Shown piece after piece: positions 45,885 through 58,146 of a DNA stretch of 64,000 nt. The notes under the pieces are model-generated. The model worked only from the letters and a program-made list of their open reading frames with translations, ran no database searches and was not told the origin of the DNA. Origin of the DNA: Leptogorgia sarmentosa (Eukaryota); contig OZ210885.1 in the NCBI GenBank assembly GCA_964658305.1, positions 2,728,001-2,792,000 on the forward strand. Reading direction: 5' to 3'. The translations under genes were made by a program, and so were the position numbers. Numbering within the stretch: the stretch's first letter is position 1; every line of letters starts with the position of its first letter.

Positions 45885-47070
45885 TTGAAATTATATCCTC
45901 AAAATTTTAATTTTTCCAGATGTAACTTTCCATCCGGCTACCTGCTTCCTTCGTAGATCCTTGAACACTTAGAAATTGATCCGTTTGTAATCGTGACTAA
46001 AGTGTGCTATCACAACGTGTTGTACTCAACAAAGCCCCCCTGTTGAAACGGAACTATCATCACTTTACTTACAGTACTCTAAGTCACGATTTATGGTAAT
46101 TTTATAGAGAGCAGTTTGCTCTTAAAATGAAAAAGGATGTATTTTCATTTCAAAGCAAAATATATTAGTGTGTATTTTATATTCAAAATTTTATGTTGCC
46201 AGACATGATAAATGTGATATAGCTAACGCAGTATGCGGTATGGTGCAAGGCTGCAAGCACATTTTTTCTTTCAACTGTAAAAGCAACACACATTTTGTTC
46301 ACATCTAATTGAGAAAACGTGATGAAATATGAATTCCTTTGCTTTCTCTAGCAATGGCTATTTGGTTACGAGCTTACTGACACCATCATAGTGTTTGCTG
46401 ATTCGTCTGTTAATGTTAAAATAATAGCAAAATTAGTTAATAGAATGAATAGCTATATTTCGAAGGGGGGTCTTTACTCCATTTTCCAGCCCAAATTTTG
46501 ACTAAATCCCCGTGTTCAAGCAAGAGCTGAAGATGTTGTGGTGTTTTGAGATTTTTCCCGATCAATTCCGGTCTCAATACATGGTTCGAATCTGCATGAA
46601 ATCCAAATTTCCAGCAAAAAGAAGTAAATTCCAGTTCCCATTTTACCCAATATTCACGACCTTTCCTTTAATTATATGTTCCTATGAATGAACGCAACAT
46701 TATATAAAAAGCGTCATCGCCAAAATTTGCGGACATTGGAACCCCGAAACATCCCTCAATTTTTACACCCCCATTATTCCAATCTAACCCTAAAAAATTT
46801 ATCCAAAATGGAATCCCGTTCGAACACTTTTATATAAATACATTGAATTGCACTGTAGCGTTAATATAACATGACATTGCATTATAGCGTAAAATATGGA
46901 GTAATCCACAGTAATAGATGATCACAATTGGAGCTGTTTTGTCAGAAGTATTTGCCAGTCCGCATCGTTCGCATTTGATGCAGTCCACAGAGCAAAAATT
47001 ATGATATCAAAACAAAGTACGAACAACTTGGGAGTGAAATTACCACGAGCTAAAACGATCGGCAAATGAC
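45885..47070 (+). repeat. Segmental duplicate of 5850-6680
   Basis: Colinear match (ttgaaattatatcctcaaaatttt...catccggctacctgcttcctt...aaaacgatcggcaaatgacaa); each copy lies upstream of an astacin gene. Confidence 0.8.
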
Positions 47071-47677
47071 AAACGTAAACAAAATGGAAGAGGGCCTTCA
47101 AATGATTGGCAGTTTTTTCCTCCTGGAAAACGATTGTCAAACTGCGAAAATATGAACCTTCTGTTTGTATGAAAAAGATTCCGCTATTCTTCACTTTTGG
47201 CATTGAAACGAATAATCATTGAAATAACAAATTTAGGTATGCACACGGGAAAGGGGCAGGATAGCAGAATCCATTCAAGGGCGGAGTCTGCAGTTGCTCG
47301 ATTTGGCCGCCATTTTGGGTCATGGTTCAAGGGTGTGCTCAAAGATATGGCGGACTGTCATGAAGGGCGAACACTAAAGGCTTTCGAAAAGCCAAAACAA
47401 AGACGAAAACCATTGCTGCAGAGTGTCAAAAAAAGTATCCTGAGAAGGCATAAATGGCTGGAAAAGACAGAAAAGCCACGAGAAACGAGAATGCATTGAA
47501 ATGCAAAACAAGCTTATATCCATTGTTTGCATATAAAATAATTATGAATTGTCGTGTTGTATTATACCAATGTCTGAGTTGCACTGAGTTGAATGTAATC
47601 TTGGACTCTTGGTACGTTGTTAGTAAGGCGAGCGAGGTCTTGCTACATGTATGTATTTCTAGTAAAATAAGAAATTC

Positions 47678-47832
47678 TGCGCGTTTTGTGCGCGTTTTGT
47701 GCGCGTTTTGTGCGCGTTTTGTGCGCGTTTTGTGCGCGTTTTGTGCGCGTTTTGTGCGCGTTTTGTGCGCGCTTTGTGCGCGCTTTGTGCGCGTTTTGTG
47801 CGCGCCTTGTGCGCGTTTTGTGCGCGTTTTGT
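47678..47832. repeat. 11-bp minisatellite (TGCGCGTTTTG)n, about 14 units
   Basis: Directly visible tandem array. Confidence 0.95.
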
Positions 47833-49867
47833 GTTTTAACTATAGGCGTGACAATTTAATAATCATTGCGTTTCATCATAGACTATGCCTATAGTTTTCC
47901 TTATTTTTCACTGAATGACTTTAAAGAGTTTTGATTCAACAACGCACATTTTGAATAATTTACAGCTGTTAAAAGATCTTTCATGTAATAAATGGATGAC
48001 CATGCATATACATTTTTTATAAAATTTGAATATCCGAGTGGAACAAAAATCTAAATGTATAAGTTATTGTTACCCTATCATTATTAACACTATGATACAG
48101 TTATCATATAATCTTTTGTGATAACTAAGTACTTTTTTAAAATAGAATCACACTGGTATAGTTTGCATTGATTTCGGTACAATTTAAACAATTACATTAT
48201 TCGTTCAGGCCTCCTCCTCATCAATTCATAGAAATTTCGAGATCGTAATGTAATTGTTAAAAATACAAAATCTCGAAACCCCAATCGAGAGTGGCATCAT
48301 AATAAACTATTATTCATAATTTTGGGTCCTTCACTGAAAATTTAAAACCTACAACCGTTAAGGAGGCGTTATAATTCATTTTGATGACATTTATGGCAAT
48401 ATTCGTAAATTTGTGTTTAAAAATGTATTTATGTGTAATAAAAACCTTTGTGGCGCTTTCATCAATTTAGTGCCAAACTATTCAAGGATCGTGAATTTCT
48501 GTATTTAAAGTTCCTTTCTAGCGGCTTATTAGAACGAGGAACTGCGTCATATCCTAAAAAGCAACTTTCAAGAACTATAATTTATGCATGTACAGTAAAA
48601 TTAACAGTATAGTTACAGTAGTCAACTCAATAGAAACGGTTATTTTAACCACACCAAATGGTTCTCTCTTACTTCAACACATTATTTAAAGTCATTTTGA
48701 ACAATAACCGTATTAAATATTTAATAAATACAGCAAATTAAGCGGTCTATGAAATTGAGAGCACGGATCGATCCTGATGTAGACGTGCTCGCCATAGCGA
48801 AACCTTTTGTAACAATTTACAGAAATATGGCGGAGACAGTAACGATTGAGCTTATGTGAGCATTCGATATGCTTATTATCTGCGGGTCAAATCTATCTTA
48901 GCTGGAGACATTTTTTAAACAACGTTAACTGGTTACGGTAGAGAATCTTTTACGAGGAGATAACAACATACTGATGCAGTGTATAGCGGTCGTTAAGGTC
49001 AACAACAGAAAAACTACAATAATCGCATCGCGAATGATCAACTGCAACGAATACGAAGAACTACATAGCATTTTCTCGCAAGTGATGTCCGAGATGAAGA
49101 GTGAAAAAGCACCAAGTAATTTGCGTAATGAGGATCCAAATGATTGAGCGGAACCAAGAAGCAGCTAGTGGCGGAAACAAGTCATAATAGACAACGACAT
49201 GCAAGGAGGTTTGACGGTAATATTTGAACACTTAAAAAAACTGTCAACATGGGAAGTGTTGTAAACTCTTTGTTATTATGGCTATATTTTCGTGACATTG
49301 AACATGAAGTTCAGGGGCGGGATATAAATTAATAAATATTTTCTGACTCCAATTGAAACTATGCCGACATACAACCCCCCCCCACCCCCCCCCCCCCAAT
49401 CGACGCTCTAGCGACTGTGCTGTTCATGTTGTAGTCAATATATCGGAAAATTTTTTTGCTAATATTTCTGCCGTTGCGTTACAATTATTGATAAATACGT
49501 TTATTTGAGTGGTTTTTCCGTTCTTAGTTCGAGAGATTTCGATAACTTCATAAATTATATAACCAGCTCATGAGTAAACGCCTGTTGCATGTTTCAACTT
49601 TGGAGAATTGGATTAGATTGTGAAAACCGATAGAAGGTCATAAATAGAAGGAGAAAAATAATTGAACAAAGTATACGGAAAATTCTGAAGAATTTCAAAA
49701 TTCTAAAATTGAAGATTCTAGAATCTGCATAATTATTTTGGAGTATACAAAATGTAATTGAGTTATAGGCCACCATATGCTCCTTCGAGCAAAACCCATT
49801 TGTCAGAAATTAATAGTATGACCATACGATTTTTACCTATGCACCGTTTTTAAGCCAAACGCCTTTT

Positions 49868-50240
49868 TACGGATATATTTGAAAACGGAGGTTTCGCGTA
49901 ACGTGTTCGATTCGTTTTCGCCCGTCCACACCTAACGGCAAAAAGAGAGGAAATATGATAGCGCGGCCAGCGTATAGAGCATGCGTATTGCTATAGTAAT
50001 ATGAAATTTTCTAAGCGATGCCATAGACTTCTGACCAATCATCACGCCATCGTTTTTGAAAGTCTCCGTTGCCACCCGTCCACACGTAAACACGAAAACG
50101 GCGTTTTTGAAAACCTCCACTCTCATGGAAAGCTCCGCTTTTGGTTGCCGAAAACGCCGGATACGTGTGGACGCAACGCCAAAACGGAGGAAAAAGCCTC
50201 CGTTTTCAAAAATATCCGGATACGTGTAGACGCAACGCCA
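49868..50240. mobile_element. Degenerate Harbinger-like MITE
   Basis: Internal inverted motifs cgtccacacg/cgtgtggacg and gaaaacggagg/cctccgttttc. Confidence 0.5.
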
Positions 50241-50484
50241 AATATGTCCCCTCATCGTTCACGATCACTGATATAACGAACTGAGTTGTATAAAGGGATT
50301 GGCAGAACCTATACAGGAGGTGGATTTGCTTTTTTCTATTAGTATTTTTCCAGCAAAGACTTGATTCGTTGGATTAAAGCAAGGTTATGTATGAGTGGTT
50401 CAAACTATCAAACTATATTCTATTTGGTGCCTTTAGTGTTTCGTTAAATTAAACAGTAGAACGAATTCCAGATATAAATTGAAT

Positions 50485-50490
50485 TTTATT
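50485..50490 (-). terminator. Probable polyadenylation signal of the peroxidase
   Basis: AATAAA on the minus strand in a block homologous to the astacin B 3' end. Confidence 0.5.
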
Positions 50491-50902
50491 GAATACTAAT
50501 AAAATGAACATACAAAAAATCAATTATAACATGAAAGACGATTACTTAACAATTATAAAGGGGAGCTTCTTATTCTCATTTCCCAACCCAAATTTTGACT
50601 AAATGCCAGTATCCCAGAGAACATGAATGATGCTATCATCTCCGTGGCTGTCCCGCTCAACTCTCATTCCCATTTTCTATTTTTTTTTTTTGCTGATGAA
50701 TCCATGTCCCAGTGCATGAAATTCCATTTTCCCAGCCAAAAATGAGCAAATCTCTGTTCCCCTTTTACCCCCTTCAGGACCTTATATTTACGTTTCACAT
50801 TATTCAAATTAAACATTACATTGTGAACCACATGCAATAGGACTTCAATACGACATTATGCTTGTAATATTAACACCTAGTTTCTACTTTTCAAAGACGT
50901 TA

Positions 50903-53900
50903 CTACTGTTCCTGGAAATACGACGTTTTTAGCGCCCGTATTGTCTTCAATTGGTGAATTTTTTGCATTGATTATAAGCGATGATCGGAACTGTAGGGCC
51001 GCATTGATTGTACGACTTGGAAGAACACTAATAAAGAAATACAAACCATAAATTATAATCAAACATGTATATTCTTTCAGTAGACGACTCCGGCATTCAG
51101 CTTTACGTCTATGCCGACTGGGTTTCACGATCATTATGTAAAATATTGTTTTCAATACACGAAGATTAAATACATTATCTTCGCACCGCCGTGTAATATC
51201 CGCCATATATTTCGGCTCAAAACCGGTGCAAACCACAGTAAGTGATACAGAAATATTTACAAAATTTTCTATAGCTTTATTTTTTCTAGCTTTTTTATCA
51301 CAGCCATATTTTCCGTATTTGACAGCGAAAAAACCGGATGTGAAATCGTCCATTGTGACACGTGAAAGTTATACAGCTATTATTACGGCGAGAGTTCTAC
51401 CAATTCACGAACCACGAACTACTTGTTCGTTAAACCACTATAGTTAACTCGATATCTTAATATAATATGCCTACGGCAATTCATACTTACTTCTCGTCCT
51501 CCGCAAACATAACAGCCCTTGCATTTCCCTTTTTGGCAGACTCCATCGCATTTACAGCTTCGGGAGCAACGTTTCCCATTGACAATTCCTCTCACACAAC
51601 CTGAGCAAGCACCTTTTAACAACAAAAGTTATATTGTAACACTGGATGAAAAAACACAAACTATATTGAGGTTAGGGGAAGGGGTTAGGATTATTCTTCA
51701 CGCCTGCGCATATGGAAAAACGATACGCAGTAGACCTTTTAAAAAAGTTAATGTTACCAAGCCCTGGACGGACAAAATCCTGTATTGAACCGACAAGAGT
51801 ATTTAAAAATGTCACATACCTGCTGATGCTCCAGCACCTGTCGATCCTCCACTTCTCCATTTCCTCAGATCGATGCTGGGTATTTTTTCGCAAACTACTC
51901 GGTTGTACACCGTGCCAGCCTGGAAAGAATTCCTTTGCACCGAGACGATATTCGCTAAATTATCACACAAGATCCTTGACATTGACGCTTTTTTAATTTC
52001 GGCCAACTGTTCATCTGAAAAAACACCCGGTTTCTCGTAGAAAAACCTGTCGCCATCTCGTACACGCCTCGCTTGTTCGCGAATAATACACCCAAATGTT
52101 GCTCCAACGATCCCACCTGGAGCTGGTGCTTCTGCCAAACCTGCAACCCATAAATCAGCCAAGTTTGGATCATCATTATATAACTGAGAAAGCAGTTTCC
52201 TGTTTTTGGAAACCACGATTTCTTTCGATGTATCTCTGAAGGATGTTGCATTCTTCAAACCGCATCGCACCCTAAACGCGTTATAACCAGGTAAGCCATG
52301 ATCTCTGCCTCGCTGGATATTCAGTGCCGCCAGGTTTAAACCAGGAGATTTTGGACGTTCAAATAAGTTATTTAATAATCCATCCGCTAGCTGACGGTCG
52401 ACCGTTTGAGACTGGTTTCCAAGTAAACCCAATAGTAATGGTTCTACGCCAAACTTGTTGATGAAAGTGTTGTTGAAAAATAATTGACGTAAAGGTAAAG
52501 GATCTCCTGTTGGGTTGAAACCTTTATCCAATCGATCAAATGTTGGTCGGATCAAGCTGTGTCCAAATCTAAATGCAGCTGTAGAAAAGGAATTAAGAAT
52601 ACTGGGGTTGACTTTATCATCATAATTCTCATAGTCTGGGAGAGTGTTGCCAATGATGATTGGTAGAAAATCTTTATATGCGATTTTCTGTAGAACAGCT
52701 CCAACGATTTTTCTTGTTTCCTGGAAGGTCGTCTCACTGTCCCATTGTCGGTTAAGCTGCTGTAGTTTTCGTGCAATTCTATTGTGTTCTCGGAGAAACA
52801 AGGTGTGCATACAAGTAAGAGACATCTGTTCGTTGGTTCGGACATCACCAGATAAGAAGCAATCAGGTTGGCAGAAACTGTCTGGAGCCATGAGTCTACT
52901 GTCATCTTCAGGAAGGAATTCTCCATTGATTCCCGTTGTTGTCTTCAGCAATGCTCTATCTAGATATGATGGAAAAGACTGTTGTTGTATTTCTGCACTA
53001 CTTCATGTAGACGAACGGTCATTGTTTACCATCGTGTATAGGGGACAAAGAGTCATAAATTATATGATTTGCGTCTCTTGTCGTGTCTTGAAGTTGCGAA
53101 ATTTTTTTTGTGAAAATGAATATGCCTCTCTGCAAAGGAGCTCAAATATTGATTTGTTTTACAACGATTATAGTTAGCGTACTTACTTTTCGGATCTCTT
53201 AATTCATTTGCCAACTCTTCGGTAGATCCATAAATTTGTGAGCCATCAACAAACGCCGTGTTCACGTTTATTTGCTGTTTCACTGTTATTTCGTTTGCTT
53301 TGTTAATAATACATTCACTTGTTGATCTCGCGAAACGAATAGATCTCGAATTTCCACGTGGTAGGATTGTGTAGCAAGGTACACGAAAATCTTCCTTTGA
53401 TCCATCGCCCCTTCAAAAAGGAAATCAATTAGTTAAGACATTTTGTCACTGAGTGAACGATCTAGTCACGGTGATTCGATGCAGAAGTATTTACTTTGTC
53501 AATGAGATTAACTACCCCCTTCCATGCTACGCACGACTCCGAATCTAGGTGTAGCTATATAGTTTCCTTCTTCCAATCAGATGGGGAATGACAATAATAC
53601 GGTCGGCGTCCGTCAATTGAATACGCCCTCCTCTTCCATACAACCGAATTTTAATACCCAAATAAACCTAATATATGTAATAGACAAACTCCCCAATTGG
53701 CAATGCTTTTGCTTTGTGGTTTTAGTGGTATCACTGATATTCAAGATAACGGGCCTGAATGAAAATATTTTTAGATGCCCAGTAAAGATTTCCCTTTCCT
53801 TAAATTGAAGTAAATCATTTCCGAAGAAACCTGAAACCCTACATTCAAGTTTACCGTAAATCGTTATCGCAACGCAAGACGCAAATGTCATTGATTATGT

Positions 53901-56523
53901 GTTTCAGTCAAACGTGTTCAATTATATTTAAAGTTGGCTGAAAAGTGGATAAAAAAAATTTAAGGTTAACGATCGCTCACGTACTTTGCTTCCATGCAGC
54001 TGTCAGAATTCTCGCTTTCAGGAGAGAGACCAAAATCGTGGTCCAAAAATTGTCCAAATTGCATGACCAAATGAGAAAACCTCCAAATGGGCATCTGAGG
54101 TTTCTTCTGTTGTGCGATAAACTCTTCAACCACTTCAAATGTTGCTGGAATATCAGGGACATTATTTTGACCTGGAAATCCAATGGGATCTTTGAATCCG
54201 TCGGGATCGAAATATCTTGCAGGTAACCAACGATTGAGTCCTCTAGGCGCCGACCCCAACAAAGGATTCTTGAGGTTATTACACGTTCCATCGATTGTTC
54301 TATATTGGTCATTGCTGGGACATCTTGGAGTAGGTTTTCTATTACATTGCGCAGCGTTGGACAATTGTTGTAAAGCTTGTGTTGAAAATAATGTATTTAG
54401 TCTCCAACGAAACACAACTTGCTCGTCTAAAGAGGAAAAAGAGTACAGTTCTTAAAACCTTTTGTAGACCTGATATCTGACTGGATGATATATTACTATA
54501 TAGTTAGGTGTAGAATTCAACATAATATTCTGTCGGTCCATACAACCACACAATATTTCAAACATATCAGCCAATAAAATTATTCTATTTTCTATTCACT
54601 ACTCGTGTTATACCATCAGCTAAATTTGAAGAATTTAGTGTGGCTATGTCAGAGATTTGGGAATTTGGGATATGTGTAATCCAGCTCAGTTATGTGGGCA
54701 GATGAATGCAAGGAACGTAGTCGGTAGTAAAGATCATAAACTTCGTATTGTCTGGTTACACAGCTTCATAAGTCAAATGTGACAAACAAGTCTATGAACT
54801 ATTGACTACAAGCAAACTAGACTTCTAACATAACAACTATTTGCATAGAGGTACACATTTAGTTGATAGAACGACAAGATTGAGTTATTGATCCGCAGCT
54901 TAAGCTAAACACCTTGGATACAATCGGCCCCTAACGTTTGAAATAATCACCTGAATTCGAAGGATTTGTAGTGAATCTATCCTTAATTGTCTTTACTGCT
55001 TCTTGCAATGCGGCGTCAACTCTTGCAGACGCCATCATTTCATTAAATGCTTCCGGATTTTTCTCTTTTTCTACCATCCTCATCATCCTGTGCAAAGAAC
55101 CTGCCATCCCTCTTCCGGTGTTGTACTTTTCGTTTTCTTTTACCAATCTTCCCAATTTACGAATGGACGAACTCAAAAACGAGTCCCCAAACTTTCCAGG
55201 CAAAACAATTAGATTAACCGTTACAAAATCGTAACTTATCGCCGAATACCCACATTTAGTTGAGACTCGTACATGTAATCTTAGCTTATTTAAATTGTGG
55301 TATCGTATCCACAGTTTAAGTTTTATCTCTCCTGTATTACGATCAACACTCAGTTCTTTCCATTTAACGTTCCATAGCTTCTGACATATAAATATCGATG
55401 TACAATGGGTGTTCGGAGTGTCGATCCTTCCAAGCGTGCCAGGCTTCACATCTGGTGTCGCCAAAAACGTAAGGATAGTTCTCTTTCCTACAGTAAACAA
55501 GCGATGAGGAAAAGTCAGTATAGATAAAATCATATATATTAAAGGAACCTTGAAGAGATGAAGAGGGTAATGATAACAGAACTGCATACGTTAATTAATG
55601 CAGAAATCGCATTTCTGAGATTAATTATAATATTTAAGGAATCGAAAACATTTTCCATGTTTACATCGACTTATGTAAACACGAGTGCAAGTTTGGAAGA
55701 ACGAGAAATGTGTGGAAACACAAGCCCGAAGGGCGAGTGCGGGAAATAGCTGTGTTTACATAATCTCACTTCAGCACGGCTGTTAGCCAATCACGCGCAC
55801 GCGATCTTTTTCACTTACTTCCGGTTATTTTATAAAACAGAATTGAATCGTAGCTTGCTTAACGGTGTACACAGACAAACACAATATGTCTGCCTAATTA
55901 CATAAATCCTGCAGTCATGGACCAGTAAACGAGCTACTGTGGACGTTCCTTACTGCTATTATACAAGAATAAGTTACTTTTCTGGTCTGATTTTGCTCCA
56001 CATAATACGTTAATTCGAAACTTCAAGCATGATTAAGACACCTGAAAACTTGTTGCTACCTGGTGCCTATATAATTATCTAATATATGTAAATAGTCACT
56101 TAAAAGGAGTTTTATTTTGGACGTGGAATTAATGGAGATGATGCAACTGAAATTTTACCCAAAAAAATCTGCGTTCGCAGACGCGAATACAATACAGGAT
56201 ATTGGGAATGCCGGAATGGTGATATTGCGCGCTATTGAAATTGAATAACAGAACATTCCACTTTGTTGAAAATTACAGCAGTTCAACCAGCGTATTGAGA
56301 TGTATACTGAACTGATATAGCTATTCCGGCAGAGGAATTCTGAAACTTTGAATTTACTCTCATGCGCAAAATTGCAATGAAAATTGTTTGAAATATGTTT
56401 GAAAAACAATGAAATATGTTTTACTAAAACTGTCGCCAAAGAAATTATTATCATATTAATACCTTTACTACTGGACAAAGACCCAAGACAGAGCAACAGA
56501 ATTGAGAGTGATACAAACTTCAT
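50903..56523 (-). CDS. Secreted animal heme peroxidase (peroxidase-cyclooxygenase superfamily, MPO/LPO/peroxidasin-like) with N-terminal cadherin-like segment and basic Cys-rich C-terminus, ~844 aa
   Basis: Exons 56523-56463, 55487-54951, 54426-53985, 53410-53187, 52959-51820, 51612-51491 and, tentatively, 50911-50903; phases are consistent. Motifs YRTIDGTCNNL, QFGQFLDHD (distal His and ester Asp), TAFVDGSQIYG (Ca site), GDVRTNEQ (distal Arg and ester Glu), FRFGHS (proximal His) and NIQRGRDHGLPGY. Confidence 0.9.
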
Positions 56524-56815
56524 GACCACAGTGATCGTTCGCGCTTTGCTTCAAAAGCAATCTCCGAAGTTTTTCTTTGCGCTATTTTATACTGATCCTA
56601 TTTTATATGTACAAAGACGGATGAAAGACCAGACAGTTTTTCTGCATGTTTTCCGGCAGAAAGACAAAGCGGAACTTACTTGAGGGGACGATCCATTGTA
56701 ATTAGGAGACAGCTTAATAGATGTGGATAATTAATTTGCATTCGAGCTGTAAGAATCTTTGTTAATGATTCGTTTTCCAGTTTGAAGTATAATATAGGAG
56801 CATGAATCAGAATTG
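56524..56815 (-). promoter_or_regulatory. Proximal 5'UTR and promoter of the peroxidase (astacin-B-like)
   Basis: TATAAAA at 56585-56591; several blocks are shared with 45258-45580. Confidence 0.6.
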
Positions 56816-58085
56816 TTGAAAGTGAGAATTTGTTTACATTTTAAATAAATAAATGTGTCTTCAGTGATTTAAGAGGGCTAGATTAGTCAATTGAATGAGT
56901 GATTTAACTTTTAAGAACTAGATGATGTTATACCTGCGGTTACGTAGTTAATTCCAATCAGAAATATAGCATCGTTCACAACAGCATTTTAATTGCCCTA
57001 GATAATTTTCTTTCATCTATGTAGACAGGTTGTATCATGCAAAAAGGTAATTTACGTTACCCATCACCTAGGCTTTGAAGGTTATTTCTATAACTTTTTC
57101 TGAATTATTCGTCCCATGAGGTCTTCTTTTCTTTTTAGAGCATTCAATAAGCTATCAGAACATCTATTTGAAAGGATCGACTTTGTTTTACACACCCTTT
57201 ATTTGCGATGATTTACATGATAATCTGAGTGCCTACTTTGGCTAAACAAAGCCTCCTTCACACCCCATTTTCACGGCAACGGAACCACCCGATATCAAAC
57301 CGAAATGTTTCAAAACGAAACTCTTACATTTTTGATGATAATATTGCAGAATTTAACAAATTTTGATTTGTACTTCAACATAAAGAGATGGTGATGTTCT
57401 CGTGTATATATATTTTCAGAGTCCGAGCCACAAGATCCGCCCAATGTTTTAGAATCTTAATCTTAAACGTTTCCTGCGCATATTAGTATGCAGTTGACTG
57501 TGTGATGTTTCAAAACCGGAATTATGTCTGAGGAAGTTGATGCCACAGCCAGAATTGAACGGGCATGGTGGTAATTGTAGAACAAAAATAGGCCTACGTT
57601 GTAATACTCACATGCAGCACACATGCAGGAACCTCAATGAAAACCTAGATGTATACAGGTTACTTTGTTGCGGAGTTATTACCAACACAATGGTGTTACA
57701 ATGACTGGTCATTAACCTATGATTATACCTCTCCGCAGCGGACTTTTCAGTCGCATAAAATCAAATGTTGATGTAAATAAGGATATGGCGGAAAATGCCA
57801 AATTTGTCAAATCTTATCATGTTACTACTGTGCGTTACTAACTGCAGCTAGAGTAATTCTTGCTATAAGACTTCGCGATTCAGTTTCGCTCTCGAGTTTG
57901 CTGACGTATGATAACCTATCCCGTTATCAGTAGCTTAGCTTATGTTCAAAATTTATTTACGTGGAAATAGTCAACACTGGATTTAGAGTTGCATTTATAT
58001 AAGAGTTGAATTTAATCCCTTGTCTTAACAAGTTAGCTAATGTTTCACCAAAACTGATTGCAAAGTAATTTGATTCAATACATAC

Positions 58086-58146
58086 CTTCACTGCCGGGCA
58101 AAAACCCAACACAAAATAACAGAATTAGAAGCGATGAGATCTTCAT
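58086..58146 (-). CDS. Additional signal-peptide exon (alternative first exon of the peroxidase, or relic of another cassette)
   Basis: MKISSLLILLFCVGFLPGSE(G)|gtatg, 61 nt, phase 1. Its last 28 nt differ at one position from astacin A exon 1. It has its own TATAAAA at 58212-58218. Confidence 0.7.

Noticed and set aside
47678..47832. Tandem arrays (also 12644-12752) considered as CRISPR-like
   Set aside because: There are no unique spacers and no cas genes, and the context is eukaryotic.
47454..47894. 146-aa ORF with repeated ARFVRVLCAFC
   Set aside because: It is the translation of an 11-bp minisatellite.
56159..56231. Candidate extra peroxidase exon (ag|ARNITIPAFPISCIVFASANADFF G|gt)
   Set aside because: It is 73 nt and ends in phase 2, incompatible with the phase-1 acceptor at 55487 unless a homopolymer of 7 is one base too long. 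Left out of the model pending RNA evidence.
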